NCBI GenBank assembly: GCA_043809315.1 | Contig: JAZDDX010000033.1 | Location: 1-35,132, forward strand | Length of the DNA stretch: 35,132 bases | Source: Pseudomonadota bacterium | GTDB taxonomy: Bacteria; Bdellovibrionota_G; JALEGL01; DATDPG01 | Direction of reading: 5' to 3' | Shown: in pieces, positions 27,724 through 35,132 of the stretch | Position numbering within the stretch: position 1 is the first letter of the stretch | Layout of the letters: each line of letters starts with the position of its first letter | Made by a program: the position numbers and the translations under genes | Notes under the pieces: model-generated | Databases searched by the model: none | The model's input: only the letters and a program-made list of their open reading frames with translations | What the model was told of the DNA's origin: nothing

Positions 27724-27736
27724 TTTCAGTAAGTTA
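27724..27736 (+). promoter_or_regulatory. IHF-like site upstream of the sigma-54 promoter
   Basis: TTTCAGTAAGTTA, one mismatch to WATCAR-N4-TTR, about 36-49 bp upstream of the -24 element. Confidence 0.5.
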
Positions 27737-27910
27737 CGACTGAGTTTTTCCGAGATGGCAGCCTGTGCGGTGAACAAGAGATCTACCGTGGGACGCGAGT
27801 GTCTCGTCTACATCGACGATCGGCGCAACGAACTTGGAGAAGATGATTCCGCACTTGATGCACTCGATGTCGCTCGGGCTCTGAAAGCCGCAGCTCGGAC
27901 AGGAGGTCAC
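27734..27910 (-). CDS. Short zinc-ribbon protein (58 aa), possibly a truncated remnant
   Basis: GTG at 27910 overlaps the HAD stop (GTGA). MTSCPSCGFQSPSDIECIKCGIIFSKF contains CxxC-x9-CxxC. Confidence 0.6.
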   Translation of the reverse strand: MTSCPSCGFQSPSDIECIKCGIIFSKFVAPIVDVDETLASHGRSLVHRTGCHLGKTQS

Positions 27911-28524
27911 GGGAGTAATCCATGTTTTCGGAGCAGCTTGCCCAGATGGTCGGGGTCGGGGCATCGCAGTGCTCGGAACCCGAGTTTTCGAGCCGCTTCC
28001 ACGTTTTCGGGACGGTCGTCGATGTAGATCAACCGCCCGGGCTCGATCCGGATCCGTCGGAGCATTCGTCGGAAGATCTCCGGCTCCGGCTTCCGCGACC
28101 CGAGCCCGAAGCTCGTGAAAACCCGGTTGAACTGCCGGAGCCACGGAAAGTTCGCCCGGAGATACCGGAAGTGCGTGTCGACGGTATTGCTCAACAGATA
28201 GATCCGGTATTTCTTCTTGAGACGCAGGAGGGTACGTCCTACGTTCGGCCCGGCCCCGGGGAAGATCCCGTTCCAATGTCTCCGGAACTCGCCGATCGTC
28301 ATCTCCGGAACGGAGAACCATTTCCGAAACGCCTCGAACGCCTGTCGCTCCGTCACGAAGCCGCGCTCCCAGCGATCGTAGACGGTCCACGCCTCGATCG
28401 CATCGATGCACGCCTTGACCGTTTTGCCGTGCCGATACCCGAGGGCCTCGAAGAACGGTTTCGAGTCGAGGCGGACCAGAACCCCGCCCAGATCGAAAAC
28501 GATCCCGCGAACATTCGACTTCAC
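27907..28524 (-). CDS. HAD-family phosphatase (YihX-like)
   Basis: FDLGGVL, LLSNT, RKPEPEIF and YIDD..ENV motifs. Confidence 0.92.
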   Translation of the reverse strand: MKSNVRGIVFDLGGVLVRLDSKPFFEALGYRHGKTVKACIDAIEAWTVYDRWERGFVTERQAFEAFRKWFSVPEMTIGEFRRHWNGIFPGAGPNVGRTLLRLKKKYRIYLLSNTVDTHFRYLRANFPWLRQFNRVFTSFGLGSRKPEPEIFRRMLRRIRIEPGRLIYIDDRPENVEAARKLGFRALRCPDPDHLGKLLRKHGLLP

Positions 28525-29552
28525 CCTCGACGCCCCTTTTTCTTCCCCGGTTTCGGCGTGGATCCCTTCATGTAATCCAGCGGGACGAACGACGGAATTC
28601 GCGCGTGATGAAGAGAGCGGATCGAAGCCAACGAGGGGATTCCTCCTTCGACATAGATGCGGTCCCAGATCGCCGCAAGATACGCCGCTCCGCGCGCCAG
28701 TTCCCGGACCGGGAGATCGCCGAATGCGTCCACCACTTTCGGCGCGGGAAACCGCTCCGGATTCTTCCCCGACCGATCGAAGATCACGCGGTCGTCCCCT
28801 TTTTCGATCTCCGGAATGTCGGGGAGAGTGGCAAGGCTCAAGCTCTGCATCAGACGGAGAGCGAAGTCGGCGGATGCGGCGATTGGTTTCGGCTTTTGTT
28901 TCCCCGCTTCGCGGAAGACGGACATCGGAAGGTTGAGCGGCTGAGCGTTGATCAGATCCACCTCGTAGTAGATGTGGATCCCGGAGTGTCCCGTCTTCCG
29001 CCCGTTGAACTCCGCCGTCACGTGGTACGGCATCGATCCATCCCCCACGAAATGCCCCAGAAGAGCCAGATCGACCACGAAATCGGCGATGTCCGCTTCA
29101 CGCGACGAGATCTTCACCCTCCTCGCGTCCGCCAGTGCCAGACGGTAGAACTGATCGGCCCGCCACCAAAGGGATCCGGCGCGGGCCGGTGGGTCGACTT
29201 TCGCTCGAACCGCGAGGGACCAGAACGAGGCGAAGTCGAGCGGCAAATCGGCGAGCTTTGTCCGCATCAACTCCGGGTTGATCGAGTGCGCTTCCTCCGC
29301 CTCCACCGTGTCGTACGGAGGACGGCGCCAACGAGAGTCGGGGACGTCGCAGAGATCCCCCAGCTCGGCCCCCCGGTTTTGAAGAAACCACCGCAGATCC
29401 TCCGATTCGAGCAACCGGACGGCGACATCGCAGACCACCTGATGTCCCCGGCTGCCCCAGGCCGCAAGAGGCGTCGGGGCCAGCGACACAACCATCAAAA
29501 CTACGATCCGGATCGCCGGAGATCGGAGAGGCGATAAAACGTGCCACGCCAT
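28521..29552 (-). CDS. Secreted S1/P1 nuclease / zinc phospholipase C-fold protein
   Basis: Signal peptide, then mature WGSRGH; PD, H.IN, GHFVGD..MP.H and IH..YE zinc-ligand motifs. Start is ATG 29552 or 29495. Confidence 0.8.
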   Translation of the reverse strand: MAWHVLSPLRSPAIRIVVLMVVSLAPTPLAAWGSRGHQVVCDVAVRLLESEDLRWFLQNRGAELGDLCDVPDSRWRRPPYDTVEAEEAHSINPELMRTKLADLPLDFASFWSLAVRAKVDPPARAGSLWWRADQFYRLALADARRVKISSREADIADFVVDLALLGHFVGDGSMPYHVTAEFNGRKTGHSGIHIYYEVDLINAQPLNLPMSVFREAGKQKPKPIAASADFALRLMQSLSLATLPDIPEIEKGDDRVIFDRSGKNPERFPAPKVVDAFGDLPVRELARGAAYLAAIWDRIYVEGGIPSLASIRSLHHARIPSFVPLDYMKGSTPKPGKKKGRRG

Positions 29553-30649
29553 TCGATTCCTCCTCGAAAAAGGGTCTTTACGATCGCGTTCCAAATGATC
29601 ACCAGAAAGAGGAGCGCCGCCAGTGGATAGAGAATCCCCGCGATGAAGCGAAGACCGTGAACGCGGGCATTGCTGTGGGATGCGGTCAGGAGAATCAGGG
29701 CCGCCAGAACCGAGACATACGCTGCGGTCCCTCTCACGAACCAAGGCGCGACGAACGGTCCGACGCTGACGAGGAGGATCATCCCCGAATAGAAAATCGC
29801 CTTCCCGAACCGATAGTCGAACCCGGAGAAGCTGTTCTTTTCGAGCCCACGCACCAGTTCCCGCAGATTCGGGTACCACTCCACCTCGACCATTCCACCC
29901 CCCAGCGCGCAATCCTGCCGGGCGCCGGAACGTTTGAGCCGTTCCCCCAGTTTTAAGTCGTCGTCCGGGCGCATCCGGATCCGCTCGTGCGTCCCCATCC
30001 GCAGGTACGCCTCCCGGCGAACCAGGTTGAAAGCGCCGATCCCGATGAACGATTTGCTCCTCGGGTCTTTCGCCTTCCAAGGTTGGTAGTAGCCGGCGAA
30101 CAGCATCGTGAAGTACCCCATGAACCCCTGGAGCATCGCCCCCTTCATCGGGACGTGCGGAATCACCGCCAGGTGGTCGAGCGACCGTTCCCGGACCAGC
30201 TGCATGGCACGAGAAAGCGCGGAAGGGGCCAACAGGACATCGGCATCGCTGAAGAGGAAATATTCCCCGCTCGCCTCCGCAGCCCCCCTCCAAAGAGCGT
30301 GATTCTTCCCGAGCCAGCCGGGGGGAAGGTCGCGGATCTCGATCACCTTCAATTTGGAATTCTCGCGGGCGAGACGGCGAACGATCTCCCCGGTGCCGTC
30401 TTCGGAGCGGTCGTCGATCAGAACGACTTCGAGGCTGGGGTACTCCTGCGAGAGAAACGACCGTGCGGCGGCTTCCATCTTCCCCGCTTCATTTCGCGCC
30501 GCCACGATCACGGAGACTTTCGGGGAGCCGGGACCGATCGGCGGCACCCGCTCCAGGCGAGGGATGACATGATTGCCGTACCAGATCGCCCCGAGCGTCG
30601 CGAGGCTGATGATCAAGATCCCGATCGCATATATGAGACCGATCTCCAT
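29501..30649 (-). CDS. Membrane GT2 glycosyltransferase (HpnB/CrtQ-like)
   Basis: N-terminal TM; VSVIVAARNE, DDRSEDGT, PPGWLGK, FSDAD, G.FNL and DDL.LG motifs; C-terminal TMs and W.G. Confidence 0.9.
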   Translation of the reverse strand: MEIGLIYAIGILIISLATLGAIWYGNHVIPRLERVPPIGPGSPKVSVIVAARNEAGKMEAAARSFLSQEYPSLEVVLIDDRSEDGTGEIVRRLARENSKLKVIEIRDLPPGWLGKNHALWRGAAEASGEYFLFSDADVLLAPSALSRAMQLVRERSLDHLAVIPHVPMKGAMLQGFMGYFTMLFAGYYQPWKAKDPRSKSFIGIGAFNLVRREAYLRMGTHERIRMRPDDDLKLGERLKRSGARQDCALGGGMVEVEWYPNLRELVRGLEKNSFSGFDYRFGKAIFYSGMILLVSVGPFVAPWFVRGTAAYVSVLAALILLTASHSNARVHGLRFIAGILYPLAALLFLVIIWNAIVKTLFRGGIEWRGTFYRLSDLRRSGS

Positions 30650-30713
30650 CGGTTTCGAGAAAACCTTATTTCGAGATTGAGGGCCAGCAGAATTCCTCAT
30701 ATCCTGGCAAACG

Positions 30714-31790
30714 ATGAAACGGTTCGTCTATCTCGTGGTGGTTGCGGTCCTGGCCGTTTTTTTCGCCGCTTGTAAGGACGACCGCATCTGCGGCACACCG
30801 GGAACCTTTCCCGGGTTCTCCCTCTCCCCCGTCGGATTTCCGGTTTCGTATGACAAGCTCGGAGCGTTCTTTATTGACACTCGAACTCTGGGGGTCGGCA
30901 ACCTCCTCTGGAAAGGTCCCTGGCGGGACGACGCGGCGGACGGAAGCGACGCGGGGAACGTCCCGGCCCGAGCGACCCAGTTGAGCCAGCAGGGAAAGAC
31001 CGACTGTTTCGCGACGGAATTCGTGTTCCAGTGGCGCTCCGGGTCTGCACTATGGATCGGCGTACCGTCCAACACCTCCCAGGATTGGCGGAACATCGAG
31101 GCAAAGAACCGTTTTCTCCAGATGCTCCGGATGTTCGTTTCGGTCGAACGCCCTTCCATCCTGTTCCTGGGGAACGAGAACGATTTTTATTACGAACAGG
31201 ATCTTCTGGATTACGCGAACTGGCTCCAGTTCTACAACGACACCTACGACGAGCTGAAAAAGATTCTCCCCGGAGTCTCCATCGGGCCGGTCTTCAACTT
31301 CGAACATCTCTCGGGAAGCGGGACGCTCAGGGGGTGGATCCGCCCATTCTGGGAGGCGTTCGACCACCACGATTTCAAGCGGGTCGATGTCGTGGGACTG
31401 ACCGTCTACCCGTTCTTCAAGTATCCGATCCCCTCCGAGATCCCCGCGACCTATCTGGACTCGTTCGTTAAGCGCCTTACCGATGCGGCGACCGCGGCAA
31501 AGCGGACGATCTCTCTTGCGATCACGGAAACCGGCTGGCCGGCGGAAAACCTGGGCGACCCGAATCCCCCCTGGGTCGCTTCCGCTCAGCAGCAGACGAA
31601 CTACATCCCGAAGTTCGTCGACATGATCCAAGGGAAACAGCTCCTGTTTTACAACTGGCTCTTCCTGTACGCCATGGCCGACGACGGCTCGGCCGATTGG
31701 AAGACGTTCGGGAGTATCTCGTTGCACGATTCGGCAGGAATCAAGCGCCAGGCGTACGATATCTGGTACGACACCTGGCGCCCAAAATAG
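30714..31790 (+). CDS. Lipoprotein with a clan GH-A-like TIM-barrel glycoside hydrolase domain
   Basis: Lipobox FAAC; LFLGNEN (acid/base), VGLTVYP and AITETGWP (nucleophile); promoter TTGAGG-N17-TATCCT-N8-ATG. Confidence 0.75.
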   Translation: MKRFVYLVVVAVLAVFFAACKDDRICGTPGTFPGFSLSPVGFPVSYDKLGAFFIDTRTLGVGNLLWKGPWRDDAADGSDAGNVPARATQLSQQGKTDCFATEFVFQWRSGSALWIGVPSNTSQDWRNIEAKNRFLQMLRMFVSVERPSILFLGNENDFYYEQDLLDYANWLQFYNDTYDELKKILPGVSIGPVFNFEHLSGSGTLRGWIRPFWEAFDHHDFKRVDVVGLTVYPFFKYPIPSEIPATYLDSFVKRLTDAATAAKRTISLAITETGWPAENLGDPNPPWVASAQQQTNYIPKFVDMIQGKQLLFYNWLFLYAMADDGSADWKTFGSISLHDSAGIKRQAYDIWYDTWRPK

Positions 31791-31815
31791 ATTAACCGAT
31801 CCCAGTTCGGGGCCG

Positions 31816-31831
31816 AGGCACAGCTTTTGCT
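31816..31831 (+). promoter_or_regulatory. Sigma-54-like promoter upstream of the ORF6N gene
   Basis: AGGCACAGCTTTTGCT has GG-N10-GC spacing with GGCAC and TTGC. Confidence 0.55.
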
Positions 31832-31847
31832 CAGTCTTCTTGATGCG

Positions 31848-32378
31848 ATGAAAAACCACGCTCAAGAGACCGAAAACCGGACCCCCATGCTACCGGAACG
31901 GATCGAAAACCGAATCCGGATGATTCGAGGTCAGAAAGTCTTACTGGATAGTGACCTGGCAGAACTTTATGGCGTCAAAACCAAAGTTCTCGTTCAGGCT
32001 GTGAAGAGAAATATCGAACGATTTCCAGATGATTTCATGTTCCTTCTGACTGTAGAGGAGGCCAGATCTCTAAGGTCACAAATTGTGACCTTAGACGTTG
32101 GCCGCGGAAGGCATCGAAAATACGTGCCTTTTGCCTTTACCGAGCAGGGCGTAGCGATGCTTTCGAGCGTTCTTCGAAGTCCTACCGCCGCTCAGGTGAA
32201 CATCGAGATCATGAGAACCTTCGTGCGTCTGAGACAATTGCTGGCTTCGAATGCAGACTTGGCCGCGAAGCTCACCGCGTTGGAAAAAAAGTATGACTCC
32301 CAGTTCCGCGTGGTTTTTGAGGCGATCCGCGGGCTGATGGCGCCACTGGAAAAGCCACTAAGAAAAATTGGGTTCTAA
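31848..32378 (+). CDS. ORF6N-domain (KilA-N-related) DNA-binding protein
   Basis: [54 protein letters not shown], and a C-terminal coiled coil ending RKIGF. Start is ATG 31848 or 31887. Confidence 0.93.
   Translation: MKNHAQETENRTPMLPERIENRIRMIRGQKVLLDSDLAELYGVKTKVLVQAVKRNIERFPDDFMFLLTVEEARSLRSQIVTLDVGRGRHRKYVPFAFTEQGVAMLSSVLRSPTAAQVNIEIMRTFVRLRQLLASNADLAAKLTALEKKYDSQFRVVFEAIRGLMAPLEKPLRKIGF
32069..32095. repeat. Intragenic palindrome with perfect 13-bp arms and a 1-nt centre
   Basis: TCTAAGGTCACAA-A-TTGTGACCTTAGA, encoding LRSQIVTL of ORF6N. Confidence 0.95.
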
Positions 32379-32878
32379 CTGAGTTGCGATTGGTCGCTCA
32401 GCACCTTGGTGGTTTGCGCGGCTCGAAAATTCTTCAGCTTCTTCCGAAGATCGGCATCCGAAAGGGAGAGAATCTCGATGGCCAACAGCGCGGCATTGGC
32501 CGCCCCCGCTTCTCCGATGGCGAGCGTCCCGACCGGAATCCCTCTCGGCATCTGAACGATCGACAACAGCGAATCGAGCCCGTGAAGCGCTTTCGACTCC
32601 ATCGGAACGCCGAGAACCGGGAGCGTTGTCTTCGCCGCGATCACGCCGGCGAGATGGGCTGCGCCACCTGCCCCCGCGATGATGACCTGAAGTCCCCTCT
32701 CCTCAGCCGATCCGGCGTATTCGGCTACCGCGTCCGGAGCCCGATGCGCTGAGAGCGCCCGGCATTCATGCAGAACGCCGAACTCCTTTAGGAGCTCGCT
32801 CGCCTTCGCCATCGCCCCCCAATCGCTCCTGCTCCCCATCACGATCCCGACCTGCGGTCTTGTCTCTTTCGGCGCCAT
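32375..32878 (-). CDS. purE: N5-CAIR mutase
   Basis: [44 protein letters not shown] and GA.NAALLA motifs. Confidence 0.97.
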   Translation of the reverse strand: MAPKETRPQVGIVMGSRSDWGAMAKASELLKEFGVLHECRALSAHRAPDAVAEYAGSAEERGLQVIIAGAGGAAHLAGVIAAKTTLPVLGVPMESKALHGLDSLLSIVQMPRGIPVGTLAIGEAGAANAALLAIEILSLSDADLRKKLKNFRAAQTTKVLSDQSQLS

Positions 32879-33824
32879 CGGTGCGTACGGTAGACCGATT
32901 CGAAAGAAGCTTCAACCTGGGGAACCGGGTCAGGTGGATCAGCCCGACGGAACTCAAGATCAGGGTGCCACCGAAAATCTGAAGCATCGACGGGATCCGG
33001 TCGAGAAAAAACCAGTCGAGGATCACGGCGACCAGCGGCATGCAATAGGTGGTGGCCGAGGAACGAAGCGCCCCCCAAACTTTGATCAAGCGGAAGTAGA
33101 TGATCCATCCGATCGCCGTCGAAACGAGGGAAAGATACAACATCCCCCAAAGACTCCGCGGATGCATCCAGACCGTCTGGAGCCAGGTGGTCGGTTCGAA
33201 CACAACACTCAGAATCAATAAACCGGTCGCAGCCAGAAAACACTGGATCGAGATGCTCCAGAGGATGTCGAACCCGAGACCGAACCGTTTCGTCAGGATC
33301 GCCCCGATCGCGTACGACGCCGACATGATCGTGACCGCCACCATCCCGTACGTCGATCGCGGATCGGACGAGAAGTGCGTGAGCCCGGGACCGAAGACCA
33401 TCATGATGCCGAGAAACCCGAGAGCCACTCCCGAAAACCGGACCCAGGTGGGGGGTTCGTCGGAGAGAAGCCAGATCGAGAAGAGGAAGACGAACAGCGG
33501 GACCGTGCTGTTCAGGATCGAGGCGACCGCAGGCTCGACAAACTGCTCCCCCCAAAAAAGGCAGGCCCAAGGGATGAAAAAATTGACCAGGGCCAAGGCG
33601 GAGAGTTTCGGAAACCATTTTTTCGACGCGGGGAACGGCTTCCGACCGACCAGCGCGAAGAGGGCCATAAACCCGGAGGCGAGAAGCGTACGCGAGCCGG
33701 CCGCTGCCAGGGGCGGCATCCCGTCCAACATGAAGCGGATCGCGATGAACGAACCGCCCCAGGATGCGGAGGCAAAGATGAAAAGGAACCAGTTCATGAG
33801 GAGGGGGGCTTCTATCACGCGCAT
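32766..33824 (-). CDS. DMT/EamA-family transporter (about 10 TM)
   Basis: [10 protein letters not shown]....[20 protein letters not shown]...GFLG and Y.MP.VA motifs. Start is 33824 or 33797; the 3' end runs 113 nt into purE. Confidence 0.9.
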   Translation of the reverse strand: MRVIEAPLLMNWFLFIFASASWGGSFIAIRFMLDGMPPLAAAGSRTLLASGFMALFALVGRKPFPASKKWFPKLSALALVNFFIPWACLFWGEQFVEPAVASILNSTVPLFVFLFSIWLLSDEPPTWVRFSGVALGFLGIMMVFGPGLTHFSSDPRSTYGMVAVTIMSASYAIGAILTKRFGLGFDILWSISIQCFLAATGLLILSVVFEPTTWLQTVWMHPRSLWGMLYLSLVSTAIGWIIYFRLIKVWGALRSSATTYCMPLVAVILDWFFLDRIPSMLQIFGGTLILSSVGLIHLTRFPRLKLLSNRSTVRTDGAERDKTAGRDRDGEQERLGGDGEGERAPKGVRRSA

Positions 33825-33881
33825 ATCCCCATTTCTACCCCACTCGATTTTCCGCCGGAGCCGGTGTATGGTGCCCGGCCG

Positions 33882-34238
33882 ATGACGATCACGATGCTCA
33901 AAGCGAAGATCCACGGGGCTTGCGTCACCGCCTCGGAGATCGACTACGAGGGGAGCATCGCGATCGACTCCTCGCTCCTCGAGATGTCCGGGATCCTTCC
34001 GCATGAAAAGGTTCACGTCTGGAACCGGACCAGCGGAAACCGCTTCGAAACGTATGCCATCCCGGCCCCCCCCGGATCGGGAGCAATCGTCGTCAACGGC
34101 GCCGCGGTCCATCTGGCGAAACGGGGGGATATCGTGATCGTGAGCGCCTTTGCCCAACTGACCGACGAAGAGGCGCGCAGCCATCATCCCGCCGTCGTTC
34201 TCGTCGACGACCGGAACCACGGCCGAATCAAGCCATGA
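33882..34238 (+). CDS. panD: Aspartate 1-decarboxylase (pyruvoyl)
   Basis: MLKAKIH (K9, H11), YEGSI cleavage site (G24-S25), GNRFETYAI (R54, T57, Y58) and NGAA. Confidence 0.96.
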   Translation: MTITMLKAKIHGACVTASEIDYEGSIAIDSSLLEMSGILPHEKVHVWNRTSGNRFETYAIPAPPGSGAIVVNGAAVHLAKRGDIVIVSAFAQLTDEEARSHHPAVVLVDDRNHGRIKP

Positions 34239-34924
34239 TCGTCGTACGCCCCAAGACCCCGAGCGCCAAGCTGATCCCCGCTCCCCACGAGGAGCTTCGG
34301 AGAAGCCTGGGCGCGATCCGTGAAGATCAGGCCTCCTTCGGTCTCGTCACGAGCGACCTCGACCACGCTCTTTTCGTCGCGCTCGATGAGGCTACGAAAG
34401 CCTCCCCCGTATCGGTCCTGTACGCGCGGTCCCTTTACGCGGGAGCGGCTTCTTCCCCCGGACCCCTCTCCGGCGAAGCGATCGGCATTCTCGCCGGCGC
34501 GGACGACGACATCGTCCGGGAGGGGCTCAAAGCGGCGGCTCGGATGCTCGAGAGCCGGGTTTCCTATTCCGCAACGGAGGGGATCCGTCGGATCGTTTTT
34601 TTCTCCCACGTCATCCCCAGTCTCGGCCTCTATCTGTCGCGGGAAAGCGGCCTTCTGCCTGGGGACTCGCTCGCATATTTGATGGCCCCGCCGATCGAAT
34701 CGATGGTGGCGCTCGACGCCGCACTCAAGAGCGCGAACGTTCGTCTCGTGAAAAGCTTCCTTCCCCCGACCGTGACGAACTACGGAGGCGGGTACCTGAC
34801 CGGAGAGCTGAATGAATGTGAAGCGGCCGCCCGCGCGTTCACGGAAACAATCGGCCGGATCGCGGAAACCCCCGTCGACTCCCTCTCGTCCTACATCTTC
34901 GAACGAAAAAAATCGAAAGACTAG
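34235..34924 (+). CDS. eutL: EutL/PduB-like tandem-BMC (BMC-T) microcompartment shell protein
   Basis: S.GLVT.D.D....VALDEATK...V.V.YARSLYAGA....GPLSGE.IGILAG, LAYLMAPP.E...ALDAALK.ANV and PPT.TNYGG..LTG motifs; ATGA overlap with panD. Confidence 0.88.
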   Translation: MIVVRPKTPSAKLIPAPHEELRRSLGAIREDQASFGLVTSDLDHALFVALDEATKASPVSVLYARSLYAGAASSPGPLSGEAIGILAGADDDIVREGLKAAARMLESRVSYSATEGIRRIVFFSHVIPSLGLYLSRESGLLPGDSLAYLMAPPIESMVALDAALKSANVRLVKSFLPPTVTNYGGGYLTGELNECEAAARAFTETIGRIAETPVDSLSSYIFERKKSKD

Positions 34925-35132
34925 AAGTCGACCAAACCGAGAGCCAAGTAGACGTGGAACGCACGGTCCTCGATCCCGTACCCGAAGTCCACCCCGAAAA
35001 CGGGGGCCAGAATGTCGGTCAACGAAACCCGCAGACCGCCACCGACGCCATTGTGTGCGGCCGAACGGCTGATGCCGTTCGCGTCCCGGTAGATCAATCC
35101 GAGATCGTGAAAGATCAGGCCGAAGATGGAGA
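34921..35132 (-). CDS. Omp85/BamA-TamA family outer-membrane protein, C-terminal end (runs in from the right edge)
   Basis: Translated by hand: SIFGLIFHDLGLIYRDANGISRSAAHNGVGGGLRVSLTDILAPVFGVDFGYGIEDRAFHVYLALGLVDF*. It contains F.D.G, G.G.GLR, .D.GYG and a terminal Phe. Confidence 0.75.
   Translation of the reverse strand, partial: SIFGLIFHDLGLIYRDANGISRSAAHNGVGGGLRVSLTDILAPVFGVDFGYGIEDRAFHVYLALGLVDF

Noticed and set aside
29553-30293. 590-aa version of the S1/P1 ORF, suggesting a fusion
   Set aside because: The extension is an alternate frame of the GT2 gene. The signal peptide and mature Trp place the start near 29552.
33375-33881. N-terminal extensions of panD, EamA (to 34220), glgA (from 7366) and the 13177 ORF
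   Set aside because: They overlap neighbouring genes, and the family N-termini and promoter/RBS signals indicate the shorter starts.
33882-34238. Idea that this PanD is a serine decarboxylase feeding ethanolamine to an Eut compartment
   Set aside because: The aspartate-recognition residues K9, H11, R54, T57 and Y58 are all retained.
1-35132. CRISPR array, tRNA/rRNA, IS element, intact prophage or known defence system
   Set aside because: I saw no spaced repeats, cloverleaf or rRNA-like segments, and no transposase, integrase, structural phage or recognisable defence genes. Intergenic gaps are short (longest about 290 bp). Small ncRNAs cannot be excluded by eye.

Overview
GC-rich (roughly 60%) bacterial chromosomal window with about 37 tightly packed CDSs. 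I found no rRNA, tRNA, CRISPR array, transposase or integrase. Gene content (lipoproteins, OMPs, FG-GAP protein, sigma-54 promoters, lone eutL) suggests a diderm of the Deltaproteobacteria/Bdellovibrionota type, which is an inference. From left to right: the 5' part of a phage O-like replication initiator (off the left edge, absent from the ORF track), a lipoprotein, a coupled P-loop (AAA_28-like) + CYTH pair, a truncated spermidine-synthase-like membrane gene, gabD, a glycogen cluster (glgB, glgA, GH57), FG-GAP, redoxin and rhodanese genes, an S9 peptidase, a histidine-ammonia-lyase-like gene, a secreted serpin-like + emfourin-like pair, FTCD with a frameshifted APC permease, several hydrolases, ORF6N, purE, EamA, panD-eutL and the 3' end of an Omp85 gene. 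The most notable observations are: (1) the MIO lyase has Ala-Cys-Gly where Ala-Ser-Gly is canonical; (2) a 27-bp palindrome with perfect 13-bp arms lies inside the ORF6N DNA-binding gene; (3) a translationally coupled pair of putative secreted protease inhibitors; (4) an orphan BMC shell gene coupled to panD; (5) recurring leaderless-type promoters; (6) a sigma-54/IHF-controlled secreted TIKI/EreA-like orphan. All family calls come from motif recognition by eye, not database searches.
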